Shown piece by piece: positions 15,001-26,600 of a stretch of 64,000 nucleotides of DNA. The DNA is from Antedon mediterranea (Eukaryota > Animalia > Echinodermata): contig NC_092674.1 in the NCBI RefSeq assembly GCF_964355755.1, positions 28,954,001 to 29,018,000 on the forward strand. Direction: 5' to 3'. Position 1 is the stretch's first letter; each line of letters begins with the position of its first letter. The notes beneath the pieces are model-generated. The model did no database searches, was not told the DNA's origin, and saw only the letters and a program-made list of their open reading frames with translations. Made by a program: the position numbers and the translations under genes.

Positions 15001-15972
15001 AGGATGTACAAAATTGACTATGGAAAAGTCAAAATAGTTAGCACTTTGAGTCTATATAAGTGGCTGCCACGAAGTTCTAAAGAAACAGGTAAACATGTAG
15101 CCATGGAATTACAGCCATATATAGCTCCGGAATATAATCCACCAGGTACTGAAGAACCTTCAATACCTTCAGTACCACGAACATATGACAACCTTGAAGA
15201 AACTAAATCTGAGGTGTCAGACAAACTAGAAGAGATTTGGAAACTTGGAGTTGAAGAAAGAAAAAAGGCAATCAGACGCTTGTATCTGAAATGGCACCCA
15301 GATAAAAATCCAGGTCATGAAGAATTTTGCACTGAGGTATTTAAGCATCTACAAAATGAAGTCATTCGCTTAGAAAAGGGTCTTCCCAGACACAAAGAAT
15401 CAACTGAGAGAAATGAATATCCCTCTGACTTTGGAACATGGAGTACACCATTTAAACAATGGAACGAAAGGGCACGAAGGGATAGAGAAAATAGAAATAG
15501 TTTCAATTTTGGTTCATCAACTGGATTTACATCCCGAGGTGGAGCTCGACCCTCGACGCCTGAACCTGCAAAAGCGAAGTTATTGCAGAGAGAAGCTCAT
15601 CACGACTTCAATGCAGCTAGTAACGATGTTGATGGCAGTCGTCCAAGTTACAAATGGGCTGCTTATAAGTGTTTGCAAGCAGTTGAAAAATCATTAAAAG
15701 CAGCTATATTATCAAAGACTGGTGGAAATGTAAGGCATGATATTAGACATTTGTTAATCACAGTTGAAGATATACCTAACTGCCCACATGACCTCCGTAA
15801 ACACGTCAATGAACTGTGTACCTATAGTAAGGATCAGAATTTTGCCAGTTATCAGAACGGTAATGAAGCACTGCATAACCTATATAGCAGAGAGGATGCC
15901 GAAGTTTGCATTTCAAATGCACAAGTAATTTTAGACATGATGGACACACTTAGCGATTTAAATAATGATTGA
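1..15972 (+). CDS. SACS: Sacsin-like protein, tandem copy 1 (5'-partial); coding exons <1..721 and 1775..15972
   Basis: ORF 19..750 is joined to ORF 1726..15972 by a phase-1 GT..AG intron (722..1774), and the frames are compatible (..NRT-G-IKQVRELK). The giant exon has three GHKL motifs (EMIQNADDAGA ~4009, EMIQNADDAEA ~7105, ELLQNSDDAGA ~9988), each followed by GxFG/YGxGFNSVYHxTD, TLFRxPLR and FCFLPL/HINGxF motifs. J-domain WHPDKN at 15292 and HEPN-like QAVEKSLKA..HDI at the C-terminus. This is a family assignment; strict orthology to SACS is not shown. Confidence 0.9.
1265..1556 (-). mobile_element. Fragment related to the Helitron at 43138-44161, in the last intron of sacsin copy 1
   Basis: Shares gtagtttaaaaccttc(t/c)c(a/g)gtacaa and gtacaatt.cgat.attttgatacc blocks with 43396-43440. 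Confidence 0.5.
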
Positions 15973-16194
15973 TTCACCTAGCATAATATTATGTTTAAGT
16001 TACGAACATTAATGGGAAGTTTCAAATCAATTAAACTATTAACATGATTATTAATGGTTGAATCATTGAACTGCCATCTTTGCAAAACAATTCACAACTA
16101 TAAATCTACACCAGGCTTAATCTTGTTTTAACAAAAATTAGAAATTACAGTCCAAATAAACAAATTGAATTATTTTTATTAAAGTTACAGTGTA

Positions 16195-16290
16195 AAGCTC
16201 TTTCAGCACTATCAAACTAGTTAGACAAAAAATGTGATGTGCCCAAATATGGTAGTAATATGATCGTATCGCCTATTATGGACATCACAG
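16195..16290. mobile_element. Palindromic MITE family A, degenerate copy
   Basis: aagctct..cactatcaaactagtt.gacaaaaaatgtgatgtgcccaaatatggtagt; the right end is decayed. Confidence 0.55.
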
Positions 16291-16552
16291 GAACAATCGG
16301 AAGGAACAAGCACCAACAAAAAATGCACTAAAAAATGCAAATTTTGCTATACAGTAAATGACATTATGCTTATTAATGTGTAGGTACCATAATGTATTTT
16401 CTATATAATTATTATGTACTGGTAATTCTTCAAATTACTACAAAATGTTAATAAATGTATGAATAATAATTATAATAATGTATAACAACATTTTTTAAGG
16501 CAGATTAATATTATTATTGAAAGAATGGTTTCATAGTTCTTGTGTCACTATA

Positions 16553-16555
<3 letters not shown>

Positions 16556-16585
<30 letters not shown>
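16556..16585. repeat. (TA)n microsatellite
   Basis: About 15 TA units. Confidence 0.9.
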
Positions 16586-16588
<3 letters not shown>

Positions 16589-16838
16589 ACATCAGGTAAA
16601 GAAAATTAATTCTAAACTACCCAGTGATATACTGAAAATTTAATTAATTAATTTGAAACGATAAAGATGAGGAAATCTGTGAGAATGAGAAAAAGTCGCC
16701 CCAACCGAGACTCGAACTCGGGCCGTCTGCTTGATATGCAGCTGTCCTAACCATTAGACCTAACACATTAGGCAAAGAACATTAATTCTAAACCGCCCGG
16801 TGATATACTGAAATTTAATTAATTAATTTGAAACGATA
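16586..16838 (-). repeat. tRNA-derived repeat cassette: pseudo-tRNA (16698..16761) between two ~77-bp direct repeats, embedded in (TA)n
   Basis: Minus strand AGGTCTAATGGTTAGGAC (A box), CTGC-ATATCAA-GCAG (anticodon arm), GAGTTCGAGTC (B box). The 5' acceptor strand is missing. Direct repeats at 16586-16663 and 16762-16838. Confidence 0.65.
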
Positions 16839-18032
16839 TATATATAGTTTGGCCAATTAGCCGGATGTCACCTGTCTTTTACTGAAGCTAAGCATTTTTG
16901 TATAATTTCATATATAACAGTACATAAGAGTAAATAAAACATACTATTAAGACAGTGTGAGGAAATGGATGTCAAATATCGTAGTAAATATAAGTATTCC
17001 GAAACACTAAATATATATATATAGTAATATTACGCGAACAAGTTTTTACTCGCATGCGTTTTTGATTCAATCGTTGATAAAACCCTTCTCTTTTTTTTGC
17101 AAATGTGTTAATTTACTATTTTAAATTCTGTAGAATTATGTTAAAATTATACAATTATGTTTGTTTGCCATTGTTTGGTGTGTGTATTTTTTTGTAGAGT
17201 TAGGTCTAAAGTCGATTTATAAAGAAATAAAAGTTATTTTAATTTTGTTTGATAGTTTATTGTAAATTGATCCAAAGCAATAATAAGAAAAAGAACTGAA
17301 TTATGATTTGTATCAATTTGGTCAACACTTGATTGAAAATCAGGTCAACACTTGATTGGAAAAAATGAATAAGCATTTTGTACTGTTGCCTTTTTGTTTT
17401 CCTTAGTTAGAAGGAATGAAGGCGCTGTTTGCGTGGATGGATTTGTAAGGATAATTACATTTAAAATATAAAATAAAATCATTATGAATCACACAGATGT
17501 TTAAACCGTATTATTTATTGTGTTTTTGTCTTTTTTTTTTCATTTAACCAACGAATTCGTATCATTGACGATTTACTCGACGCATATAATTTAGTATTCT
17601 TTTATTACCGTCTTGATAAAAACAAAAACACTGATTAGAGGGAGGTGGGGGTTGGGGTCGGGATTCGGGTCATCATTACTAGCTAACTAATAAGAAACAT
17701 TGATTGAATCCTATAAACCATAACCGATAACACCGCTGTTTTCTTCTATAAATACACAGATATTCGCTGCATTATAAAACAAGTTTTATCGGATTGCTCA
17801 CCATTTTGATTTATTTAGTTTGTTAATGATGACGATATTATTTCAATATAATAGTCTTCGTGATGCCAATTTTAAAACTCCGAATGTATGATAAAGAGAT
17901 ACGAAACAATAAATACCAGTGTTATGTTTTATCCGGCGGATTTTTGCCTTTGCCTTAATACTCATATATGTTTAGGAATATTGATGGTTGATTTATATTT
18001 ATGCCTATATATAGTACTAAAATACATTCCTT

Positions 18033-18196
18033 AAGTTCTGTCTACACTATCAAACTCGTTTGACAAAAAAAGTGTGATGTGCTCAAATATGGTGGTGATA
18101 TGCCCAAATATGGTAGTGATATGACATCATCATCATGTCCATATGGGCACATCACATTTTTTTTGTCACATAAAGTTTGATAGTGTAGATAGAGTT
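18033..18196. mobile_element. Palindromic MITE family A
   Basis: TIR AAG(C/T)TCTGTCTACACTATCAAA..TTTGATAGTGTAGA, with internal CCAAATATGGTAGTGATATG repeats. Confidence 0.75.
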
Positions 18197-19396
18197 TAAT
18201 ATCGTTATCTTAATCATTGTCAGTATCACCATCATAACCATCATATTATTATTCTAGCTATGACTGGACGCCCACCTGCATTCCTGAATTTGAAAGAAAT
18301 CCAATATCGCATATAGCAAGAAGTGTTACTGACCAGAAGACTAATGTTCCATGGTCTTGTGGTCCGTCGCTGAAAGAAGAACAAATAAATAACTTTGCAA
18401 TAATGTGTAATAATAAAAATAAATATATAGCTTTGCTTGTATTTTAAATGTTTACTTAATAGAATAATCTTAATTGAATAAAGCTCATTAATTGACTGTC
18501 AATAGAACTATAGGGATGGAAATTGTAAGTTACAACCTTCTGATGACAATTAATTCTATTCATTTTGATACCCATCACCTCTAGGACCATTGTGTACAAC
18601 GAGATTCTAAAGATTAAGAAGCAAGACATTTTGAATATTTTGCGTTTGACTTTCGATTCTTTTCCTTTCAAAATTATTCATATCCTGTTTGACAGTTATT
18701 GGCCATGCAAATATTTTTTAAAATTCACTTTTCACGACGCTTTTGAGAGGGCAGGGGATGTTTTTTTGTTCACATCGATAGTTACATCATAGTGTTGTGG
18801 GAGTAAACACATTGCTCCACAAACAGCAGTATGACACCCATATGCAAGAGACACACGATCCCATTAAGGAACACTTTACCGCGAAAAGAGGATATACGAA
18901 TGTAAGAATAAATGCACTGTTGTGTGACAAATTGTTGATTCAACCGTTATTAACGAGAAAATATTTTTCCAAAAACAACAAAAAAGACCATAATTATTTA
19001 TATTAATTTATATCGCTATACAATACAAAATGGATAGAATTGGGTGGCGGCAGACAGTAGGTTCACATTACTGAACAAACACTGTCGTTTTATTTAATTT
19101 TAAATGTTTATGAAATTGATTGTCAATTTCATTATTAAATAAATTTTCACACATATTAAAATAATATTATATATTTTATCAGGAAACTGCTGACTTTTGA
19201 AGCTATATTTAATATGGTAACTTTACTTTTATTATTGCAACACCGATTCACTTTTTGTTTCATATTGTTTATTAGGAAATGAATAATAATAATATTCCCT
19301 GATGGTGGTAGTGTAGCGTACATGCACTCAATCAAAAATACTGTTGAGGATTATCTTAATATCTTTAACCATCCAATGAAAGACGAGTGTTATTTT

Positions 19397-19406
19397 GGAA
19401 ATTCCC
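19397..19406 (-). promoter_or_regulatory. Candidate NF-kB/Rel site upstream of sacsin copy 2
   Basis: GGAAATTCCC = GGGAATTTCC on the minus strand, an exact match to GGGRNWYYCC. Confidence 0.4.
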
Positions 19407-20100
19407 AGTAAAAAAAACCACCTTACGTGGCCGGATACCATTCGCCTGTTAATTAAGTCACGTGATTCCGACTATTGTATGAAGATGAACAAACACGACG
19501 AAGCACGCTACATTAATGACCCACTCTGCACGAAGATGGAAGGGTGCATCAGGTGGTAGCCCAAAGAAAATGTGAAGAAGTCCAATTTACAGATATTTAC
19601 TACAGGTTGGTACGCCCATTTATCACACTTGTTTCGGCCAAAATCTAATCATATAGTGCTGATAATATTATAGGGCTATAATATAATCTTATACAAACAT
19701 ATTAATATTGAATGATCGATTTTTTAGTCCAAAATAAATTATAATGATAATGCTGTGTGTGGTGGGATCATTGACATTAGTATTTATTTTGGTTCTTTTG
19801 TCATTTCCCATTGACATGCTTTCTGCTTGTTTGGTTCTATTGTGTTCAATCAGACAAGGAGTTATTTTATATTTATATTGACATTTATGAGCCACGAACT
19901 GTCACTAGGCTACTACAAAAACACACAGTACATATTTAGTATATAATAGGCCTACCTAGGCCTAACTTTTCTTTTATGATCATGAGCTTGTTACTTGAGA
20001 AATTAACACAGTAGATATACTTGTTGATTGATTGATTGAAATATATATTTATACTGGGTAACCTGTTAGTGGTTGCATGAAAAATGGATACAAATTAGTT

Positions 20101-20110
20101 GGAAATTCCC
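20101..20110 (-). promoter_or_regulatory. Second candidate NF-kB/Rel site upstream of sacsin copy 2
   Basis: GGAAATTCCC, in the same TTGGAAATTCCCAGT context as the 19397 site. Confidence 0.4.
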
Positions 20111-20612
20111 AGTCAAAAAACTGTTCGTAAGGTAATCATTTTTACTGATGTTAGTAATTTCCGCCATTGAGGTATGACACGACCTAAGTGTCATAATTTA
20201 CCAGCCGCCTAACAGGAGCCATGGATCAGAGGGTGCGAGATAATAATTTACCCGATTATAAATACCCTGTCTCCCTCGTGTGCTAACAAAAATTGCTGTC
20301 AGACCATGGCTTACGGTATGGTACAAAGTGGGTTTTCACTGATCTCGCTTCTAGGAATTCCCTTAAAATCACATATTTAAGCATACGGCGTATGGCTGGT
20401 TTCTGTCAAGGGGAAGGTATGAAAATAGTAAATGTGAAACTACCAATTTTCCATTTAATTCAACAACACAACGCCATCTTCTATTTGTGAAATGGAGTAA
20501 ATGTGAATGCAGCTTTAGTTACGTAATCACTATGAATAACTATGAATGTTTTTAATCACAATTATAATTATTTACCTTAGGATCTGGAATTGAATAGCAA
20601 CAAATATTATTC

Positions 20613-23600
20613 ATGATGTCTGATGAGGATGAAGGCGAAGGTAAGTAAACCGAAAAACAATTATGAAATGATATGAAGAAATGGAGGAGGTCACCATGAC
20701 ATCCTTTGATATTATATTGCTTCCCCTGGAAAAATAATTTGTTTACATTTTTTTTTATATGCCATTTTAATGTCACATAATAGTTATTCACTTTGATCAA
20801 AAATTTGATTGAAAAAGAAAATATTTACCTGAAAAAATGTACTTTAAAGCAAAAAATAGTCAAGTTGACTGGAAGTCAATGTTTTTTTTTTATTGAATTT
20901 CACCATTTATTTTGTCTTTTTATAAGTGACAAACTTATTTTTAAAGTTTTTTTTTTAGCAAAAGTGATTAGATTTATTAAAACTGCAAAATGACCTTTTT
21001 AAGGTGTTTTTTATTATTATTTTTTATTCATTTTTTTTTGGGTGACAATATAATACATCTGGGTGACATGCATGTATTAAAAGTTCTCAAATAAGATGAT
21101 GAGATAGTCCAGGAGAGGATCCAGGATTTTTAAACAGGGGAGCGCTGACATGATATTTATAGTATGTCAAAAAGTATTCCATAATCAATGTAATTTTAGC
21201 TGTCAAAAGTGGCAACTTAAGAGCTATTCCTGGATCCGCCGCCTCTGTAAGTATGCAGCGAAGACAGAGAAGTTCTAACATCATGATACACAACTGGGCC
21301 AAGATGCACAAAGTGTTTCAAATCAAATCAAATCACTTTTTTCGTCCTCATTAGGGAAATATTTTTAGTGTTATTTCATGGTATAGTACATAAAAAATCT
21401 AAAAACATTTTAAGTATTTTAAGAACACTAAATATTAAATACTTACTTTAATATTATGAAAAAGGGAATAAATACTGTACTGTTACACCAAAAAACATCA
21501 TAAGGCCAAAAAAAAATGCTTATTTGGAATGCATTTTTTTTTCTTAGATAATTTTACTTTTGGCCAAAGAGAGCCGCCATTGGTAGATTATGTCAAGCAA
21601 ATACTTCGAAATTACACAGGTGGTCAGTTGTTAAAGGTAAATGGAATTATCACTTATTAGCAATAATCCACAATATTTATTAACACTTTGACTGCCAGAG
21701 GTTTTTCCAGTTAGAAACCGCCAGTGTTTTTAGCCCAGTTTGATGTTTTTATTAAAGCTGATTGAAACTATATGTGATCTGATTTATATGTAATTTAGAC
21801 TAAAATAATCATAAAGATTTTAGCTTTACAATGGTACCAAGAACGATTTGAAAATCGCTATATGTAAATCGTAATAGTAAAATAAAAGTAACCCACTTTT
21901 TTAGTTTTTCGTAGTTTCGCGCAAGAAAGTCGAGATATTCGCGATTTTGTGCAAGACATCACAATATGAAAATATCGCCCGGTGAGATCAACAAACAACA
22001 AAAAAGTTACTTACACGGCACCGATAGGCCAATAAAAACAAGTTATCACTATCAAAAAATGTATTACATTTTATAAATCATAAATCTTACATCAATGTTT
22101 CGCCAAAATCCACATAGTAAAGACACCAGGCCTAGTTAACCAGGCCTAAAGTTGGTCCTGAACCGTTTTACGACTAGGCCTAGCCTAGCCTAGTACTACT
22201 AGCCTAGTAAACTGATGATAATACCATATACCATTTCTAAACAAGTTTGTTGCGTGAAACTCGGTCACTTACAGTGAAACACCAAAACAATTAGGGTGTA
22301 CATACAATAATAAAATTAAAGACTTCATATATTGAAAATGACTCCATTATTTTTTATTCTGAGATAACAAACAAACATGCCAATCTACAAAAACCTTTGT
22401 AATGCTTCGGCGGCATAGCTAGCGCGCGACCGATACACATTGCGCCAAGCCATAGCTCTACGTGCTACTGTGATGCGCGGTGTACAGTATGTTGTTTCGA
22501 CAGGTACCATTTTGACAGTCGTTCATAACCAGATCAGTTACTTTCAAATAGTAAAATATTGACGGTCCAGACCGAATATAGTGTCCATGTTTATATTATA
22601 TACCAATAATTAACCTATCTACCGGTTAAAAATGCGAAACATGAAGATCTTCGTGTTTGGCAGTCAAGCGTTGTGTTTCCAAACATGAAGATGGCAGTCA
22701 AAGTGTTACAAAAAACAATTACGGTAATGTGCCTTTGATATGGGTGGCAATATTCTCACGCTGGAAGGTTAAACTATATTTAAGCTCTGTCTACACTATC
22801 AATCTAGTTTGACAAAAAAAAGTGTGATGTTACCCAAATATGGTAGTGTTATGCACAAATATGGTAGTGATATGAAATCATCATGTCCATATATGGATGG
22901 GCATATCATATACACATATTGTTTTGTCACATAAAGTTTGATAGTGTAGACAGAGCTTTGATATGTTGTTTATTTATGTTTCGATGTAGTTTTATAATTA
23001 TTTTTATATACAGGAGTTGACACAAAATGCAGATGATGCTGGTGCTGCGACAGTCAAATTTTTATATGATGGACGACAGCATGGCACAGATCGTCTGTAT
23101 CACGGAGAAGGAATCGGCGATCTATCACCTTACCAGGGACCAGCTTTGTGTGCGTTTAATGATGCAACATTTCGAAAGAATGACTGGAGTAGCATACAGA
23201 ATTTGTCGAGATCTGGAAAGAAGGACGATCCAACAAAAGTTGGTCGCTTTGGAATGGGATTTGTGTCCGTATATCATTTGACAGGTATTCAATTGCAACC
23301 ATGTGTGTCACATTATAATTTTATGCTGTAATATGTACAGTATGTGCCCTAAATACTTCCAAATCTTCATTTGAATAATAGATTACTATTTTTTTTTGTT
23401 CTATTGCTCTTAATTTACTTAATTGTATCTTCAATACCATGAGGTATGGTTTATGAACATTGTTAGAACATGACATGTACATTTTCTTATAGCCTTTGAT
23501 TATATTTTTGGAATTTCCCGCTATAAATGTTTTGTTTTGTTATTGTTTTAATTAAATGAATTATTTCCAAATGTGCATGCATGTATGTATCATACAACTG

Positions 23601-26600
23601 GGTGAGAGGGGGCGAGACAGAGAGAAATAAACTTAAGCTTTCTTATGTAGTTGGAGTGGTGGTACTTTTTAGTATTGGGAAAAAATGCTCAGAAATGTTT
23701 AGATTTTTTTTTCTGAAGAATATGAATGTTATTTTTTTAACTTTCAGATATTCCAAGCATTGTTAGTGGTAATTCTTTTGCATTTATGGATCCTAGTGAG
23801 AAATTGTTTATACATGAAGGTAGAATACAGCGGGGCCGGAAATTTCACAAGAACAATGATGTTTTCAAAGATAGTAGATTCTCAGACACATTTGCACCAT
23901 ATAAACATCTGTTCAACGATCATCCAGGTCTAGTAGAAGGAGAGTCTTTCTCAGGAGCAATGTTTCGCTTTCCTCTTCGAAATCGACCTTCGGTGATTTC
24001 AGAAAAGACAATAAATGGTGAAGAATTAAGAAAACTTTTTCAATTGTTTGTTGAAGATGCAAAAATACTACTTCTATTTCTGAAGAACATAAGTAGTATA
24101 TCTGTTGGAGAAAGATTCAAAATGGAAAAACCGTTATTTTCTGCACGATTATCAGCTGCAACTAATGACTTAGTTAAGGAAAAGCGGGAAGAAATACTAT
24201 CATCCATAAGAGGTTGTAAACAGCAAAAACAACAATTCTTAACAACATTTCCGATGAATATTCATGTGGAAGAACTACGTGAGAATTGTGTGACAGCTTC
24301 AGAAGACAAATGGCTTGTGAGTGTTCATTTAGCTGAACTACATGCAAACTCTGAAATGTTGACATTAGCAACAGAACATGATCGACTTCCATTGGTTGGT
24401 ATTGCCATGCAAGTTTTCACAAGCAATGTAGTGAAGGCAATTGAGGGAAGGACATTCTGCTTTCTTCCACTCCCAGCAGAGGAGAACTACAGTGGGTTAC
24501 CAGTACATGTCAATGCAGATTTTGGTGTTAGTGATGACCGTCGCTCAATCAAATGGCCCCTTAGAGATCGTAATGATAAGATGTCTAAATGGAATCAGCT
24601 ACTACTACAGGAAGTTGTTCCAAAAACATATACAGAACTCATTCAAAAAGCCATTGAGCTGCATAAAACAGGAAACATTTCTCTTGATTGTGTCTATCAG
24701 ACTTGGCCTGACATGCAAAAGGTTACTTATCCCTGGAATGAGTTCATGTGCCCTGAACTTTTCAAGATGTTACTGAAGGAAAAGGTTTTCTTTACTGAGG
24801 CTTGTAATGGTAGTTGGATAGATATTGACACTGCAATATTTGATCTTCAAGAAGGCATTCCAGAAGAAACACAACACCTTATTTTACAGCTTCTTTTGGG
24901 GCAGAAGAAACCGGTTGTCTCCATTAAAAACTATCCAAGTGTCATGAAGGCACTTGAGAATTCCAGAAAACGCTGTATCACTCCTAAACTGGTTCGTGAC
25001 ACTCTACGTGGTGTTTCTTTAGTCAACCTTACCAGTCAAGAAAAGATCAATCTTTTAGAGTACTTACTGGCTGATGATGATTTCAATGATCTGCAAGGAT
25101 TTGAGTTGTTGCCTCTCGCCAATGGATCGTTTTGTAAGTTTGCATCTGGAGAAACTAATGTGATTTTCTCTGTATCAAGTGAATGCTCAATGGATCTGTT
25201 ACCAGGTTTAAGCCACAAATTCATTCAAGAGAATCTTAAAGTTTCATTGAAGAAAAAGATCACAGATGGAGGTAATAGAACAAGTAAGTTAATATTTCAG
25301 TTCCACAATCCCGCAAAATAGCTGAGACACTATTTTAACTTGCTATTGTTCTGTTTTATGTAATTACAGTAGAACCTGTGTTTTACGTACCCTGATTTTA
25401 CGTTCCCTCGATTTTACGTACGCTTAAAATAATCTATGACGTCATCATTTTCTTACATTGAGGGCGCAATTTAACAACAACAAAGCACAAAAAGCCACAA
25501 TCATGGCTGTGTGATGAGGAATTCTGCTGTGTGTGGGACAAGCTACGCACGTGCATTCCCCCTAAAGCAGCGACTGTTTTTATTGATAGAAAACAATTAT
25601 ATTTTACACTTTATTTAAACATCGCACAGCCTGTATATACTGTACTTTTCTAGTTAGGCCTCACATCTTGCTAGGCCTGCTAGCCTAGCCTGAATAGTCT
25701 AGGCCTAGCTAGTGACCACCTCAGCCTGCATACTGTACAGGAGTAGGCAAATACGGCTAGCTACGATCTCTACGTATTTGGGGTCAATTTAAGGTCAACC
25801 TTGATTTTACGAATCCCTTGTTTTACCTTTCGGTCCCGTACCGTACGTAAAATGAAGGTTCTACTGAAGGAACAAATGCCTGTTTTCAAAATGATACCAT
25901 TAATATTCATTGACAATTCATTAAAAAAATTGACTACTTTTTGCCAAATTTAGCTCAAATGTGATAAAAGCTGAGATAATAAGCTTGCTGACAGTAGGCG
26001 CCTGTGTTCACCTAAACAATATTATTTTGCCTAATATAAAACATACAATGCATTAGTTGGTGAGTGATTTCAAAATAGGATTTTCTTAATTACACATTCT
26101 GAATTCTATTTTCTTTTCATTATTTCAGGTATAAAACAAGTTCGTGAACTAAAGCCAAATATTATTCCAACTTTAATCAAAGAAGCATTGCCACGTAATT
26201 GGTTAAACAATAACTGTGTTATTTGGAATCCTGGCAAATATGGTGAGCCTCCACTCAGCTGGCTTGAAAAATTCTGGACCTTCCTTCAAAGATTCTGGAA
26301 TGACATCCACTTATATGAAGGCATTACCCTTATCCCTACCAACTTCCGTCAAAATCATAACAAAATTGAGTTAGTAAGGTTTCAAAGAAAATCACGACTT
26401 GTTTTATTAAGTGACAGAGATCCAAGTTTTGAAAATCTATTGACAAAACTCCATTTGATTCCTGTTAATCCAGAGGGTGCAGATTTTGCGATACTTCCCC
26501 CATCCAAAGGGCAGCAGCTGTACTTCCATAAGGTATTACCAAAAGACATCTTGCGCATTTTTATTGAAGATGGAACCAGCCAAAAGTTCAAAGATGATGT

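Noticed and set aside
16698-16761. Functional tRNA-Asp gene
   Set aside because: The 5' acceptor strand is missing, the anticodon stem is imperfect, and it is embedded in a repeat.
19030-19310. Possible alternative first exons (MDRIGWRQT; FPDGG-like peptide)
   Set aside because: No in-phase splice path was found, there is an in-frame stop before FPDGG, and a better-supported exon chain exists at 20613/21548.
21109-21247. Small element with GGATCCAGG..CCTGGATCC inverted ends (a similar weak case is at 56337-56480)
   Set aside because: Single copy in the window with degenerate ends and no clear target-site duplication.
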